A DNA stretch of 64,000 nt from Sarea resinae. Its lineage: Eukaryota. The first letter of the stretch is position 1. Each line of letters starts with the position of its first letter. The position numbers and the translations under genes were made by a program. The stretch spans positions 62,001-126,000 of the forward strand of contig JAPEUD010000047.1 of the NCBI GenBank assembly GCA_026026165.1, in the 5' to 3' direction. The notes beneath the pieces were generated by a model. That model worked only from the letters and a program-made list of their open reading frames with translations, had not been told where the DNA came from and made no database searches. Positions 1 through 12,281 of the stretch are shown here, piece after piece.

Positions 1-3000
1 TGTGATTGCGCGTTGATGTTCCTATCTTGCGACTGTAACCCGGTGTTATACTGCGCTTGCGATGCTTGAAAATCCAGGTTCATACCGAGCTGGTCTACTG
101 GCTTTCCTATAACTCCTTCAGGCGGACCAGCAATACGATCCTCTTCTCGTTGACCCCTCAATTCTTGGAACTGCTGCAATCTATCGTTCAGGATTCGGCC
201 ATCATCCGGCATGGCCTGCTGCATTGCGTCGTGCTGTTGCTGCTCCCGTTGCAACCTTGCCCTATCACCTAGCATGGCAGCAATCTGCTGAGATTGAGTG
301 TTGTTTTCTTGCTGCTGCTGCTGCTGCTGCGAAGCGGTTGCATTGGGTGTAGTTCCAAATGGGGGCTGGATAGTCCGTCCCCCCATATTAAGACGCTCCA
401 GGAGAGCGGGCATGTCTTCATCACGGACTCCACTGAAAGGATCGGCACCGGGCCCAACGGCTGCGCCAGGGCCTTGCCTCATCGCACTATCAAAGAATCC
501 CGGGACTCCTTGGATTGGACCTTGAGTGGGAGATGGCTGATAGCCGTTTGGGGAAGTGATACTGCCAAAGCTAGGCTGACTCTGCAGGCTGTGGGCACTG
601 GAATGATGGTGTAGCTGCTGCGGATGCATCGCGTGCTGGGGGCCCATCTGTTGCATCTGTTTCATCATGACCTGTTGTTGTGCAAGGTGCTCTTTTTGCC
701 TAGCCATCAAGTACTGCTCCTCCTGCTTTCTTCTCTCGAGCGCATTTTGCTGCTCGGCAGTGAGTGTTGTACCGAAGCTGGGGAAGCTATTGGCGAAGGG
801 AGGCTGTGCTGCTCCAGCTTGGACGGGAGCCGTTCCGGGGGCAGGCGCCCCTCCCGGACCAGACCACTGGCTACTAGGAGCTGGAGGACCATGAGGGATA
901 CCTATTTGTGGAACTAGGAACGGCTCTCGAGAATTTCCAATGCGCCGAATCAACTGAGCAAGCGGCTCATAGTCGGGTTCCTCAAACTTCTTAACGAGCA
1001 ACTCTGGAGAGAAGAAGCCCGCCTTGTACCAGTCATGCATCTCCAGTCCTGACCACGGTCCTTGTGTGATGCCTTGAGGATCGCGATAGATCCACCTCAT
1101 TCTATCAGGCATGACCATAGTGCGTTGTTGAGTGGTTGGCGGCTGATTCGAAGGCGTGCCACTGCTGGGTGTCTTTCCTGCGCTTGGCTGTGATGGATTC
1201 CTCTGCTGCTGAGGAAATTGTTGCGTAAGACCTGGAGCATTGGAAGTCGTCGGCATTGGCATCTGGAAAGACGCGTTGGCTTGCGATTGGCCAAAAGCGC
1301 TTGAAGGTGCTTCGATTGGGGTTGACGCGTCTGTGCCTCGGACTCTGCTCCTGTCAAGGGGACCGAAAAGGTCATCGAACATGCCCCGACCCGCACGCAT
1401 CGGACTGTCAGCTTCCCTTGCTAGGCCACCAAGTCCCGGAGTACCACTAGCAAAGGCTCCCCCAATTTGTCGATCACTGCCCTCTTCTTGCCGGGATTGT
1501 TCCACGCCACGCATCTGCTCCTGCATTGCTGCCGGGAACAATGATCCCATTTTGCTTCCTCGGCCAATAGTCCCACTTCCGCTTATATTGGAAGGATTTC
1601 CATTCCCAAAAATTCCACTTCCACCGAGGCCGGCCAGACTTGGTGACTGGAGATCTCCCATGGGTCCAAAGATGGAGTCGCCAAATGTGCCTTGGAACCC
1701 GGACCTCTCTCTGTTGGGAGTACCGACCGATCCAGGCCCAGCCGGCCAGCCCGTAGCACCGCCGAGCCCACCGAGGCCTGCAAGTCCTCCAAGACTCAGC
1801 ATACCTCTGCCGGGGCCTGCACTTGAAGTTTGGCTACGGTCGCTTGCCGCACCTTCATAGCCAGCATGAGCCCCGGTTGGTTGCTGAATACCGAAGGAGC
1901 CGATGCCTTGATCACCAGATATACCAGTCAATCCCGGAAGATGACTGGCTTGAATATCTGAACCATCTGTATCGATATCGTCGGTGTCTGCCTTCTCAAC
2001 TTCCGGACTCTGATATGGATTTGTATCTGTAGGACTCATCGGCTCAAGTCCCGAAATGCTCTGTTGTTGGCCTAATGACATTTGCTGTAAACGATCACGC
2101 CGATCTTGTTGCATCAGATCATGGAAACCAGGTATTCCCTCCTCCATCAAAGGCTGTTGACCAGGGATTGGGCGACCAATCGGCCTCTGGCGGTTTGGAG
2201 GGCTACCATCATGTAATGATCCAATAGTAGCTGTATCTACTGGTCCCTCGTCGGTTCCAAAGGGATCAGTGTCACTGCTTAGTGGACGAGCTGATCGTAC
2301 TTCCTCCCATCGTCTAGTCTCGGTATCCTTCAATCTCTCCAGACTGTTCATTGAAGTTTTTTCCTTCATTCGAGAGCCGATGTCTTCTGAGCTATCTTTC
2401 GACATCAAGCCTTTGAATCGGCTTTCACCTCGTAAGCTACCAAACCCTGACTTCTTGTCACCCGGCGTGGTCGGTTGACGAGATGGATCACCAATGGCGA
2501 AGCTACCAAAAGCACCCATAGGAGAGGCTCCGGCGCTTTGAGGGGTGGAGGCCCAAGGTGATGAAGGTCCGGTCAAGCCGGCACTGAAGGGACCAGTCAC
2601 ACTCCGCTTGAGCGAACCGAAAGGAGAAGAGGTGTCTACAGAACTATCACGATTTGCAACCTCTTTGTCTTTGTCGTCGGCGCCATCATGTGTAATCCCC
2701 TCTTTATAGTCGGTTCTCCTGCGTAATAGAGATGGAGGCGGCGTAGCTGTATGCGGCTCGTCCCGAAAGAAACGACCATTTCCACTGGGAGACTGATTCG
2801 AAAATGGAGCGGAATCACCTGTCTCGCGACGACGATTGGGAGCCCGAGCGGAGGTTGGTGATGCAACACCAGTGGCGTTGCTGTTGTTCTGCCCTTGGGA
2901 CAAGGACGTCTTACGACCAACGACACCGTTACTCGTAGCAGCTTCCTTGCTGGCGCTCTGGGGTGGCTTGATTGGAGAGTTGACGGACGTAGAGAATATC

Positions 3001-3827
3001 TGGGGAGATGTGTTAGCCAATTGACATGGCGACCAAGCTTTCATCAGGATGCATACATCTCTCTCTTCTTCAGACATCTCGTGCAGGCCGACGGGCTGAA
3101 CAGTGCCATCATGGTCCCAACAGATGTCCGGTCCTGATGGCGCGTCTTTGTTGTGGTCGTCCCTCCTATTCCACGGCGTACTGCTGGCCGGGTTGCCCAG
3201 CCGAGGCTCCCAGTCGCCTACATACAGGCTAGACACATCCTTCTTCAAATCACCGGCTTCGCGCTGATTTCGAAATATCTCTAATAGTTGCTCCCTGGAA
3301 TATCTGCCATCGTTTGAATTGGTGCTGCGAGACATGTTGGAGTTGTAATGTGGGGGAATGTAAACGCCGGACGCTGCAGTGGTCGATGTGGGTGTCTGGC
3401 TCTGGCTGCTATCTCGCTGGTGGGAAGAACTAGACATGGAAGTAGCAACTGACGGGCGACGGAAGGTATGAGTGGCCCCATTCGCTCGCGATCGTGACCT
3501 ATATGAGTAGAAGCATCAGTTTCCAAGCGTCTAGCACATGAGGACATGCATATCGGAGGCGTTTCAAGAAGCGCAGGCTTGACTTCGCATTTCAGGGTCT
3601 CAACCACTTCGACCCCAGGGCAGATGTCCAGTCCGGCCCAGCCCAGGATTCAAAAATCCTAGCTTCTGCTGTCCCTGATGCCACAAGCGTAGATCAGAGA
3701 TTTGAACTTACCAGTCGACCGTTGCCCCAGCACCCTCTGTTCTCAAGGGGCCTCGAGTTGAAGTCGATTCAGAACCACTATTTCCAGCCGCCGCCGAGGC
3801 AAAACTCGTAGTAAATGGAGAAGGCAT
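1..3827 (-). CDS. GYF-domain protein (Smy2/GIGYF-like), 3' end outside the window
   Basis: Exon 1 3827-3712 (MPSPFTTSFASAAAGN..DW), GT-AG intron 3711-3499, exon 2 from 3498 (SRSRANGATHTFRRPSVAT), which appears to run off the window edge. GYF domain near 1130-960: MPDRMRWIYRDPQGITQGPWSGLEMHDWYKAGFFSPELLVKK. Poly-Q near 310-330. Confidence 0.92.
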
Positions 3828-4140
3828 TGCGAATCGCTATGATGCTAAAATCGGCGCACAAAAGTACTGGGAGGGGTTGGAAGGGTGGGGTTTTCAGACA
3901 CTTCTGGTGGTGTGGAAAGGGCGAACTTTTTTTCGCTTGAGGAACCCTTTCGTCGGACGCGTCTCAACAGGTTTGATATGTGCGATGAAGATGATGTTGA
4001 ACGTAGAGATCAGAGGAGGCTGTCTCGGTGCGTGATGGTCAAGTTGTTTGATCGTACGTGTTTCGTGGTCTTGTGTATGCTGGAACGTTGATGAAGGCGA
4101 AATTCGTGCGTGGTAGTGGAGAGCTTCGACGAGGTCTGGC

Positions 4141-4175
4141 AGGTTAGGTAGGTAGGTAGGCAGGCAAGGTAGGTA
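4141..4175. repeat. Imperfect (TAGG)n microsatellite
   Basis: aggttaggtaggtaggtaggcaggcaaggtagg. Confidence 0.8.
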
Positions 4176-5677
4176 TGTAAATTGAGTGATTGTGAGTCGC
4201 TTCTGCACTTGGGCCCGTCTCTGACTTTACTCCAAGTACCAGTTACTTTTGGTCACGGACGACTTGGAGAGGAGTCTGAAGTATGCAATACTCAGATTGA
4301 AGTACCCCGAGAAAGCAGCGAACATCGAGAACGGAGAACAGATGGAAGATGCAAGGTACGACTACCTTAGTGTCAGGATGCCATCGATACCGCCACTGGT
4401 ACCTCCCTCCAGTCCGTCTCCAGCGTCAGATTGATCCCGAAATGCAACAACGAGCTGTGGCGGGCGTCAACATCAGAGACAGACTCAGAGAATCTTCATG
4501 GCCACCACAGCCTGGTCCGAGGGAAATCCCCCCATTCTCACCCATCCCAGAGTCGTCCTGACATACTGTAGTATGGCGGGGGTTCGTTGCTCGTTGGACG
4601 GAATACATACCGTTTGGCGGTGGAGTGAAAGGTACGAGGGTACAGCTGCTCCAGGTACCTCTACCATGCCTGCGTATCCACTACTACCTCAGCAGCACGT
4701 ATCGATGTCGAGGAGCGTGTAGATCTACTCGACATTGAATCTGCTGGAGTATTCCCTACGGTAGGTACCGCCAACTGCAGCGATGGATGGATGCACCACC
4801 AACAGGAACGCATAGTATGTTGAGCCACTTCATACATCTTCACCACTTGCTGCTTTCCTATGTGTGATATCCTAGAGTACTAGTGATGGAGGCAATCACG
4901 GATCCGTCCCACTGATTTATCATCACGCTTGTCCGCATTGGTTTCCATTCGTCGTTTTGCCGCCCACACCCTTTTGGGGGTCCCTTTTCCTTTCCTACAA
5001 GTTTGCTTGTCACGATCCACAGCTTTGAGTCTGCGCTGGCATACTTCTGATGCACCGAATTGCTGGAATTTATAGCGAGTCTTGACGCTTGACACTAACG
5101 AACCAGTCCATCATGCTCAGATCCCCCTTTTCTAGGCCATGCTCCCAATGCGCCAGAGCATCATTGTTGTTCTTTGATGCAGTGATACATCTATCACGTG
5201 TATGACTCGAATCCTTATTCTGTCTGTTGCCATCCCTCTGGGGTTGTTTTGTTTGCTAGTAGAATGACTTGTCGGTCATGTCTGTGGTAAATGGTCAGTG
5301 CGGTCTCCTTCAGGGATTGGTTTATAAATCTCCGCCCAGCCATATATTTGAAAGGGGCCAACGAGAAGAAAGGAACACAATGTTTGCTTGCATCAGCTAC
5401 GTAAGCCACTGATGCGATGCTTTACTATATGATCTACTTCCTTCATGGACTAAAGCTTTCCCCGCCGCTGATGGCCTTTGCTATGACATAGGCAGACTAT
5501 TGACCGCACATCTAACGTTTGAAACAAACAATCTTAATAACAATACCTGCTCTCTCGCTTTCTCCCTCAGGATTCTCTTCTTGAAGACTCACGCTACAGC
5601 AATAAACCATAGCAACCAAGTCGAGTATCTACACTGCAGCATTTCACATTCTCTAGCCCACAGAGAGGTGCAGTAAC

Positions 5678-7319
5678 ATGGACCTTATGAGCGCCCTGTT
5701 GAGAGGACCAAAGAGGCGAAGAAATTCTAAACGCTATCACCCAGAAGCCGTTCCAGCAGAAGGACAGTACGGATATCAATATGGATATACCCCAGCGCCT
5801 TTTGGTCCCGCTCGTGGGCTATGGGACCCGGTATTCAACAGCGGGGACCGCTACAACTGTACGCATGTTTTCCATGTAGCTCCTCGTCTTCAATGACGAT
5901 ACATGCCCATCCATTTCTCTATATGTCAACCACCAAATAACACTCCTCCACCCCCTCAGCTACGAACTCGCACGGAAAACACCCGCTAACACACGGGCCT
6001 TAGACGACCGCCGCAATCCCCCTCCATATCCACCGGACCACTACGGACCACCGCGTTGGGGACCCGGCGCCCTTCCCCCACCTCGCGGTCACAATCGCCA
6101 GCCCCGCTTCCAACTCCCGTATTTCGCACAGCCCAGCCGTCCTTTCGGCTTCCACAGCGGAGAACTCCGCCAACAAAACAGTAGGAACGGCCCCAACGGC
6201 CTGCACTATGGCTGGACGCCCGACTATGGTCCCCCTAATAGGGGCAGGGGTGGAGGTAGGGCATGGACTATGAGCAATAGCTCCCTCCCTTCTTCCTCTC
6301 CATTATCATCTTCAGACTCTTCTGACGATTTTTCTGACGATGACGAGGATGGTGGTGGTGGTGTTGGTCCTAGAAGGCCGAGGCACCCATTGGGACCCTC
6401 CGGTGGCGCCGGGCTCGACCCCGTCGTTCCACCCTTTGCTCGTGGCGCACAGCAGCAGCAGGATCCAAGGATCTACAGACGAGGCCTCTCCGCCCTACCA
6501 GGAATCCGGACCTGGCGTCTCCCAGTACAGATGCCGCACCAGCGACGCCCACACTTCCCACGGTTCCCAAACCGTCGTCTAAGACGTGACCCACACCAGC
6601 AACATAACGGACCAAGATTTCCAGCCGACGACTTCACTGACGAAGGAAATGAAGACAGTGACGACGACGAAGACATTGAAGACGCCCTTCGCGGCGGCGG
6701 CCGCCGCCGTCACCTCCTTCGCCCTCAAGGCCTCCCAGCTTGGGAACAACGCATGTACGCGCTGGACCAGAACCACAGCCCCCTTAACCGGCGACCACAT
6801 GCAGGAGCTCTCGACCAGGTACCGCGCGGACCACACAGATGGCCACCGCCTCCCCCCCACCACCAACGCGGCGGAGCATACAGCCGCGCCGCCAGCCCTT
6901 CTGATATCTCCTCCTTCGACCTCGACGATTTCGTCGATGACGATGACGACGAAGACGAGGAGAACGAGACCATCTCCTCGCTGCCGCGCTCCCATCATCG
7001 CAGTTGGGGCCGCACTACTACTACCACCAGCTCCGCGTCTGGCCTCAACCCCTTCGGTCGGTTCGGTCTTCACCGCCGCGGCAGCCGCAGCACGCGTACG
7101 TCTAATGACAGCAATGGCGTAGCGAGGAGTGATGACTCGATCCTCTACCATGCGGGCAGACATGGACGGGTGGCTGGGCCCGGACGTCGGGATCCCGGAA
7201 GAGTGTGGATGGACAGGTCGTCCGAGGGAGGTGATAGGGGGTATGGGAATGAGAGGCGGGGACGTTATCGTGATGGCAGTGGTGGCCGGGAAGGACTGGG
7301 TGGCTGGAACGGGTATTGA
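5678..7319 (+). CDS. Low-complexity, probably disordered protein (Pro/Gly/Tyr, Asp and Arg/Gly blocks); no recognisable family
   Basis: Exon 5678-5858, intron GTACGC..GCTAAC..TTAG 5859-6003, exon 6004-7319 in frame with the 349-aa ORF; about 500 aa after splicing. Confidence 0.7.
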
Positions 7320-7835
7320 TCACATGGTTCTTTCGATTCTGATCGTTTTGCTGATGTTGCTTTGATTTCCTTCTTGGTCTCTTCACTACTATCCCCTGTG
7401 TGTGTGTCTGGATGGGATTTTCCATCATCCACTTCACATTCACCTCTTCGTGCCTCCTTGGGCATTACTCATCAACGAAGTCTTTGCTTGTCTTGTAAAA
7501 TTGGTTTGTAATTCCATGGATTTCATATAAGTTCCCCATCAGCGCCGAGAGCCACATTAAACCCCCTCGCACCATACCGGACCATACCATACATACATGA
7601 AAAGAGTGCTTGCCAAGAGCCAAAAGACAAGCTATGAACAAGCCACACCACGGGAGCAATTATTACAGTGTGGCATAGCTATAGAAAAGAAAGCAAGAGA
7701 GAACACTGAATCAGTTTTGAGGACAAACAGAAGACTATGAGTAGAAGCAACATTTGGCTTTCCTGCCGCGTCCATATCTTACCAAACAACATTTGTTGGA
7801 AATTGTGAAGATATTGACCGTCCCTCAAAGGGAAT

Positions 7836-10039
7836 CTATGACCAGGGCTTGCTGTCCGAAGTGCCGCAAGTATCGAAACTGCGTCTTGGGCTCGTATCCA
7901 CGACGGAACTCTCGGGCGTCCAGTCACTCCCACATGGTGTGTACTGAAAGCCATCAGCGACGACGCTACTCTGCTCGGTGCCATCGTTCTCGTCATAAGC
8001 CGGAGGCTCACTCTCCGTTGTCGAGCCGGCCTCACTGCGATAATCGGGGAGACTATCCGTCCTTCTCAACCCACCAACATCAACACCATTAGCGTCAATT
8101 GGCGCTGGCACGCCAGCTCTTCCTTCCTCGGCAAGGGCCAGAGAACCGACAACATTGTGCGCGTTGCGCAATTCGCGGATCTCCACTTGCATTGCTTCTT
8201 CGAGGATGCCCTCCTGCTCGAGGATGAGAGAGCGCTTCTCTTCATAATCACTTGATCCATTGCGTCGCCGACCAAGCCACCAGTTGCGCCATGATTGTCT
8301 GCGGGAGTTGCGGCGATATTGCCGGGCGTTACGACGTTCTTCTCTGCGACAGCGCCGATCGGCACGACGAGGAGATTTCCTGAGTCTGTGGTGAAGACAG
8401 GAGAAAAAGGCAGTCAGACCGAGGATGGTGGCACAGATTTTGAGACCCTTGACAACTTTGCCGAAGGTATTGCGTCTTCTGTGGTGAGGGTGCTGAGAGT
8501 GGAATCCGTGTGAGCCTGGGCGACCTGCAACCATGTCTAGGGCCTCATCTGCGTTGCTTGGTGGGGGCGGGCCAGTTAGCTCCTCTGGTGGAGGACCACC
8601 CGGATGGTCTCCTTCGGGCGGTGGAGGCCCTTCGTGATTTGGAGGCGGCGGTAATGGTGGAAGCCCATCACGATCTGGAGGGGGAGGAGGCCCTTCATTT
8701 TCAGGAGGCGGTGGCGGTCTCCTGTTGTCTGGTGGAGGTCCTTCATATCCGGGTGGTGGCGGGGGTGGTGGTCTCCTGTTTTTTGGCGGGGGTGGAAGGC
8801 CTCCATGTCCGGGAGGTGGTGGTGGCCTTCTATGGCCAGGCGGAGGCGGAGGCGGTGGTGCGTGATGTGGGGGTCGCGTAGAATTGCCGTGACACGGCGA
8901 TGAACCATGTGGAGGCATTGGAGAGACCGCAGCCTTGCTCCAGGGAGAAGATTCAGGCCACTCGTCATCGCCGAGCAAGTGATGACGGTAAGGAGAACGA
9001 TGATGTGGTGTAAAGCGCATCCAGGCAACGGTGACAGCGCCGTGCACTTTGCGAAGAGTGGTTTTGATAACACAGCGAATGTTGCTGCATTGCTTCAAGT
9101 CGTCCGTCAGACTCTTAGCATTCTCATACATCTGTACTCTAAGAGCTCTCTTCTTCTCAGTGATGAGGGCGTGGAGTTGAGCGGCTTGATCCTTTAGACG
9201 CCGCAATTCTTCAATTCGGTCCTCGACTGAAAGGTCCTCACTCCGCCAGTGCTCCACGTCGCTTGCTGACGGCCATTGGGGATGAGGATGACGGGACGAC
9301 CAATCGTCGTTATACTCACTGTCCTCGATGGACTGCACTGGCACTGGACTGATGCGAAGCAGCTCCGGAACAGGAAACTGTCTAAACAATACACTGAATC
9401 CTGGAGAGCCGGTAATTTCTTTGCCATCGACGCTGTGGATGATGATGGTAAGAATCTGGGCGGCATCTTCCTCGTCGGAGTCGGTTCCCTCGTCGGGGAC
9501 GATGTCGAACACACAGGAAGCCTTCCAGCTGGCGGCAAGATCACGGCTTTCACCATGCTCTCGCCGCTGCGTCGTCAGAGACCCACTTCCTTCGGCCCAT
9601 ATCCCGCTCCAGTCCTGCGCCAAGGCTTGGCCATTCACAGTCAAGTTGCTGACACCGCAGGGATGATCCGCGGTGAGAGCCTCGATTTCGAAGACCTAGA
9701 AAGCGTCAGTAAGGATCCCGCTCGTTTTCAGACTCGGTGCCGCCCTACGAGGTCTTCATCCCACTCCGGAGCGGAGTCCTCGAAACATCCCGGACAGCGG
9801 ACATTGAATTTGGCATAAGCACTGGGTTCGTCTAAGTTACGTTAATGAATCGTTAGAGACGTAAGATGATATGCGTAATACATACGCAAGTCGACCAAGG
9901 GAAAGTCGGACTCCTGATTCTCGGCATCAGATTCAATCTCGTGGGACACTTCTTCCGGTAGGACGAAGGCCGTTGTGAGTCTCAGCAGGGCTGGCGCCAA
10001 GCCCAGTGCCGCCGCCGCCGACTTCCAGAAGGTGCGCAT
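7836..10039 (-). CDS. Uncharacterised signal-peptide, single-TM protein with Pro-rich repeats
   Basis: Exons 10039-9886, 9831-9749 and 9695-7836 join in frame. N-terminal signal peptide (MRTFWKSAAAALGLAPALLRLTTA), CxxC motif, Pro-rich stalk, TM segment (ICATILGLTAFFSCL), basic RRADRRCRREERR, C-terminal LPDY and PPAY motifs. Confidence 0.85.
8540..8870 (-). repeat. Coding imperfect tandem repeats (RRPPPPP / EGPPPP units)
   Basis: Seen directly in the translation. Confidence 0.8.
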
Positions 10040-10861
10040 GAGGGCAGCTCTCTCGGCGATTACTGATCTCTGATCTCCCACTCAGACAAAGTATACGATC
10101 TGGCTTCCAAGAGACAAAAAGAAACCGCTAGATTGAGGATCAGTGCTGCCTAGCAGCCAGCAGACATGCCACTGTCGTCGATTGACGGGATGGGAGGTAG
10201 GCAGCAATATAATGATGAGAGTCGGAGCGGATGAACGGGGTGCAAGACTGCATCAGCCTCCCGATTAGATTGGGCCGACTACCTATGTCCTCCCCACGCT
10301 ATCAAGTCGGACCACTCCGTTCCCTGGTGGTCGAATGAATAGGCCGAGGTGTGCACAGAATGGCCAAAATGGCGCTCGTACCAAAGAGAAGAGGGGAGCG
10401 AGGGAGGCAGGAAGGGAAGGGAGGGAGCGACAAAGATAGACACACGGAGAGGGGCGCAGCTGGACGCTCCATATCAGACGCGTCAGCTCGCTACCTACCG
10501 AGTATCTACTGAAGTACTCACTGGGCAGGGCGAGGATGTTGGCTGGCACAAAGAAGTACTGAGCACTTGAGTCAAAGCGGTCGCTAGGTGGCCATGTGAA
10601 GTATCGATTACACGGCTCGACGCTCGTCCATGCAAGGCAGACGACAAGACTTCCCTGGCTCCCATCTTATCAGATTCGTCATAGCATCTTGGCACGACTC
10701 CATAGGACTGCACAGTGCTAGGTGATTGTTGGATCATTCATTGCAGGTGGCTTCCGACGTTCAACAGGTCTCGCTGTCAACCCATATTACCGCTGCCGTA
10801 CCCTCAACCCTGGCCTCGTTCTGAACGAGCCGAATCGCGTTGTCAGAGAGACCCGGCCATC

Positions 10862-11346
10862 ATGGTCAGTCGTTGTCGTTCCCGCTGTCTGCGTGCGACA
10901 GAAACTGACTTACTGCGACAGCTGCCGTTAGGGCTTCTCAATGCCGCGCAAGGCCATCCCATGCTAGTCGAGCTCAAAAATGGGGAGACCCTCAATGGCC
11001 ATCTCGTCAATTGCGACACCTGGATGAATTTGACTTTGAAGGAGGTCGTCCAGACAAGCCCCGATGGAGACAAGTTCTTCAGGCTGCCCGAGGTTTACGT
11101 GCGCGGCAACAACGTCGGTTGACCTGACCTGATGTCATATGCTTTCATGCTGACCACTTCATCTAGATTAAATACCTTCGGGTACCGGATGAGATTATTG
11201 ACCTCGTAAAGGACCAACAGCAGAACCAGCAGTCTGGTCGTGGCGGCCGAGGCGGTCAACGTGGAGACCATGCAGGAAGAGGCGAGAGGGGAAGAGGCGG
11301 ACGTGGGGCTGGACGAGGTCGTGGACGGGGTAGAGGCGGCGCCTAA
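10862..11346 (+). CDS. LSM4: U6 snRNA-associated Sm-like protein Lsm4
   Basis: Exons 10862-10864 (ATG only), 10922-11113 and 11167-11346. [52 protein letters not shown] plus an RGG tail. Confidence 0.96.
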
Positions 11347-11880
11347 GAAGAGAAACGTGTTCCATCATCTGGCGTTTGGATTGGCATATCTTCTATTGTT
11401 TTAGAAGTCCATATTCCTGGCTTAGAACTCGGCGCAGTCACTCGACCAGAGGTTTTTCGGAGCTCTAACAGGCTTTCTCGAGCGATACGAACTTTCATGG
11501 CACGCATGCAAGCAACCTCTGATGTCCTGGCTTTGTATTCCCGTTCCCGTGGATCCTCTGAACGGACGCTCTATTTGCCCCTTCCGTTGCTTACGAGCTG
11601 AGGGGCGACCGCATTGAGAACCGCATTTTCCGTGACTTGCAGCCCAGACCAATCTTAGTGTCCGGAAAGGATATTGCGTTGCCGCCTCCACTCCTCTCCT
11701 CTTGCAGTCCATTGAGGTGCTTCTTCTTCTGTATACTCCTTCAAAGGGAGATGGAACTTTCCTCGGGCTGTTTCTTTGAAATCCTTTGTAGAACCTCTAT
11801 CTGCTGATGAATCTTTCCCCGCCCAATATTCAGTCACTATTCCGAGTGTATCGTTGGCTATTCACGTAAGATCTACTACG
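11345..11880 (-). pseudogene. Possible degenerate ORF relic
   Basis: One minus-strand frame reads protein-like for about 170 codons, broken only by isolated stops (..NILSGH*DWSGLQVTENAVLNAVAPQLVSNGRGK*SVRSEDPREREYKARTSEV..). No family recognised. Confidence 0.25.
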
Positions 11881-12281
11881 ATCCTTGTATACCCATGGGC
11901 ACAAGTAATCCACAATTGATGCTGAAATCATCCTGCCGGGGATTATTCAATGTCTCTTGTTGTATGCTAATTGCATTATAATCATCCCTTCCAATTTCTA
12001 ATGATCTCAAAAAGCTCATAAAGCCAATAGGAATTGGTACATTCCATGACCAGTAGCACGATTCTCGCCAGGCCCAGAGATGCAGAGAAGATAATGATGC
12101 AAATCCCAACCGGTCTGTATAAGCTTGGTCGCGACAAAAGATGACACCTGGAAGGATTTAGCGATCCGGCGACGGGAAGCGAGGCGCGTTTCCCAAAGGA
12201 GCGCCCACTTCACCGAGCTGGAGGTTCACGAAATGACGGAGTTGTCTGCCAGTCTGTGACAATGCTGCTTAACAGCTTCAG

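Noticed and set aside
57..3607. Many short ORFs over the GYF gene
   Set aside because: They are antisense or out-of-frame shadows. The real frame is probably missing from the ORF track because it has no stop inside the window.
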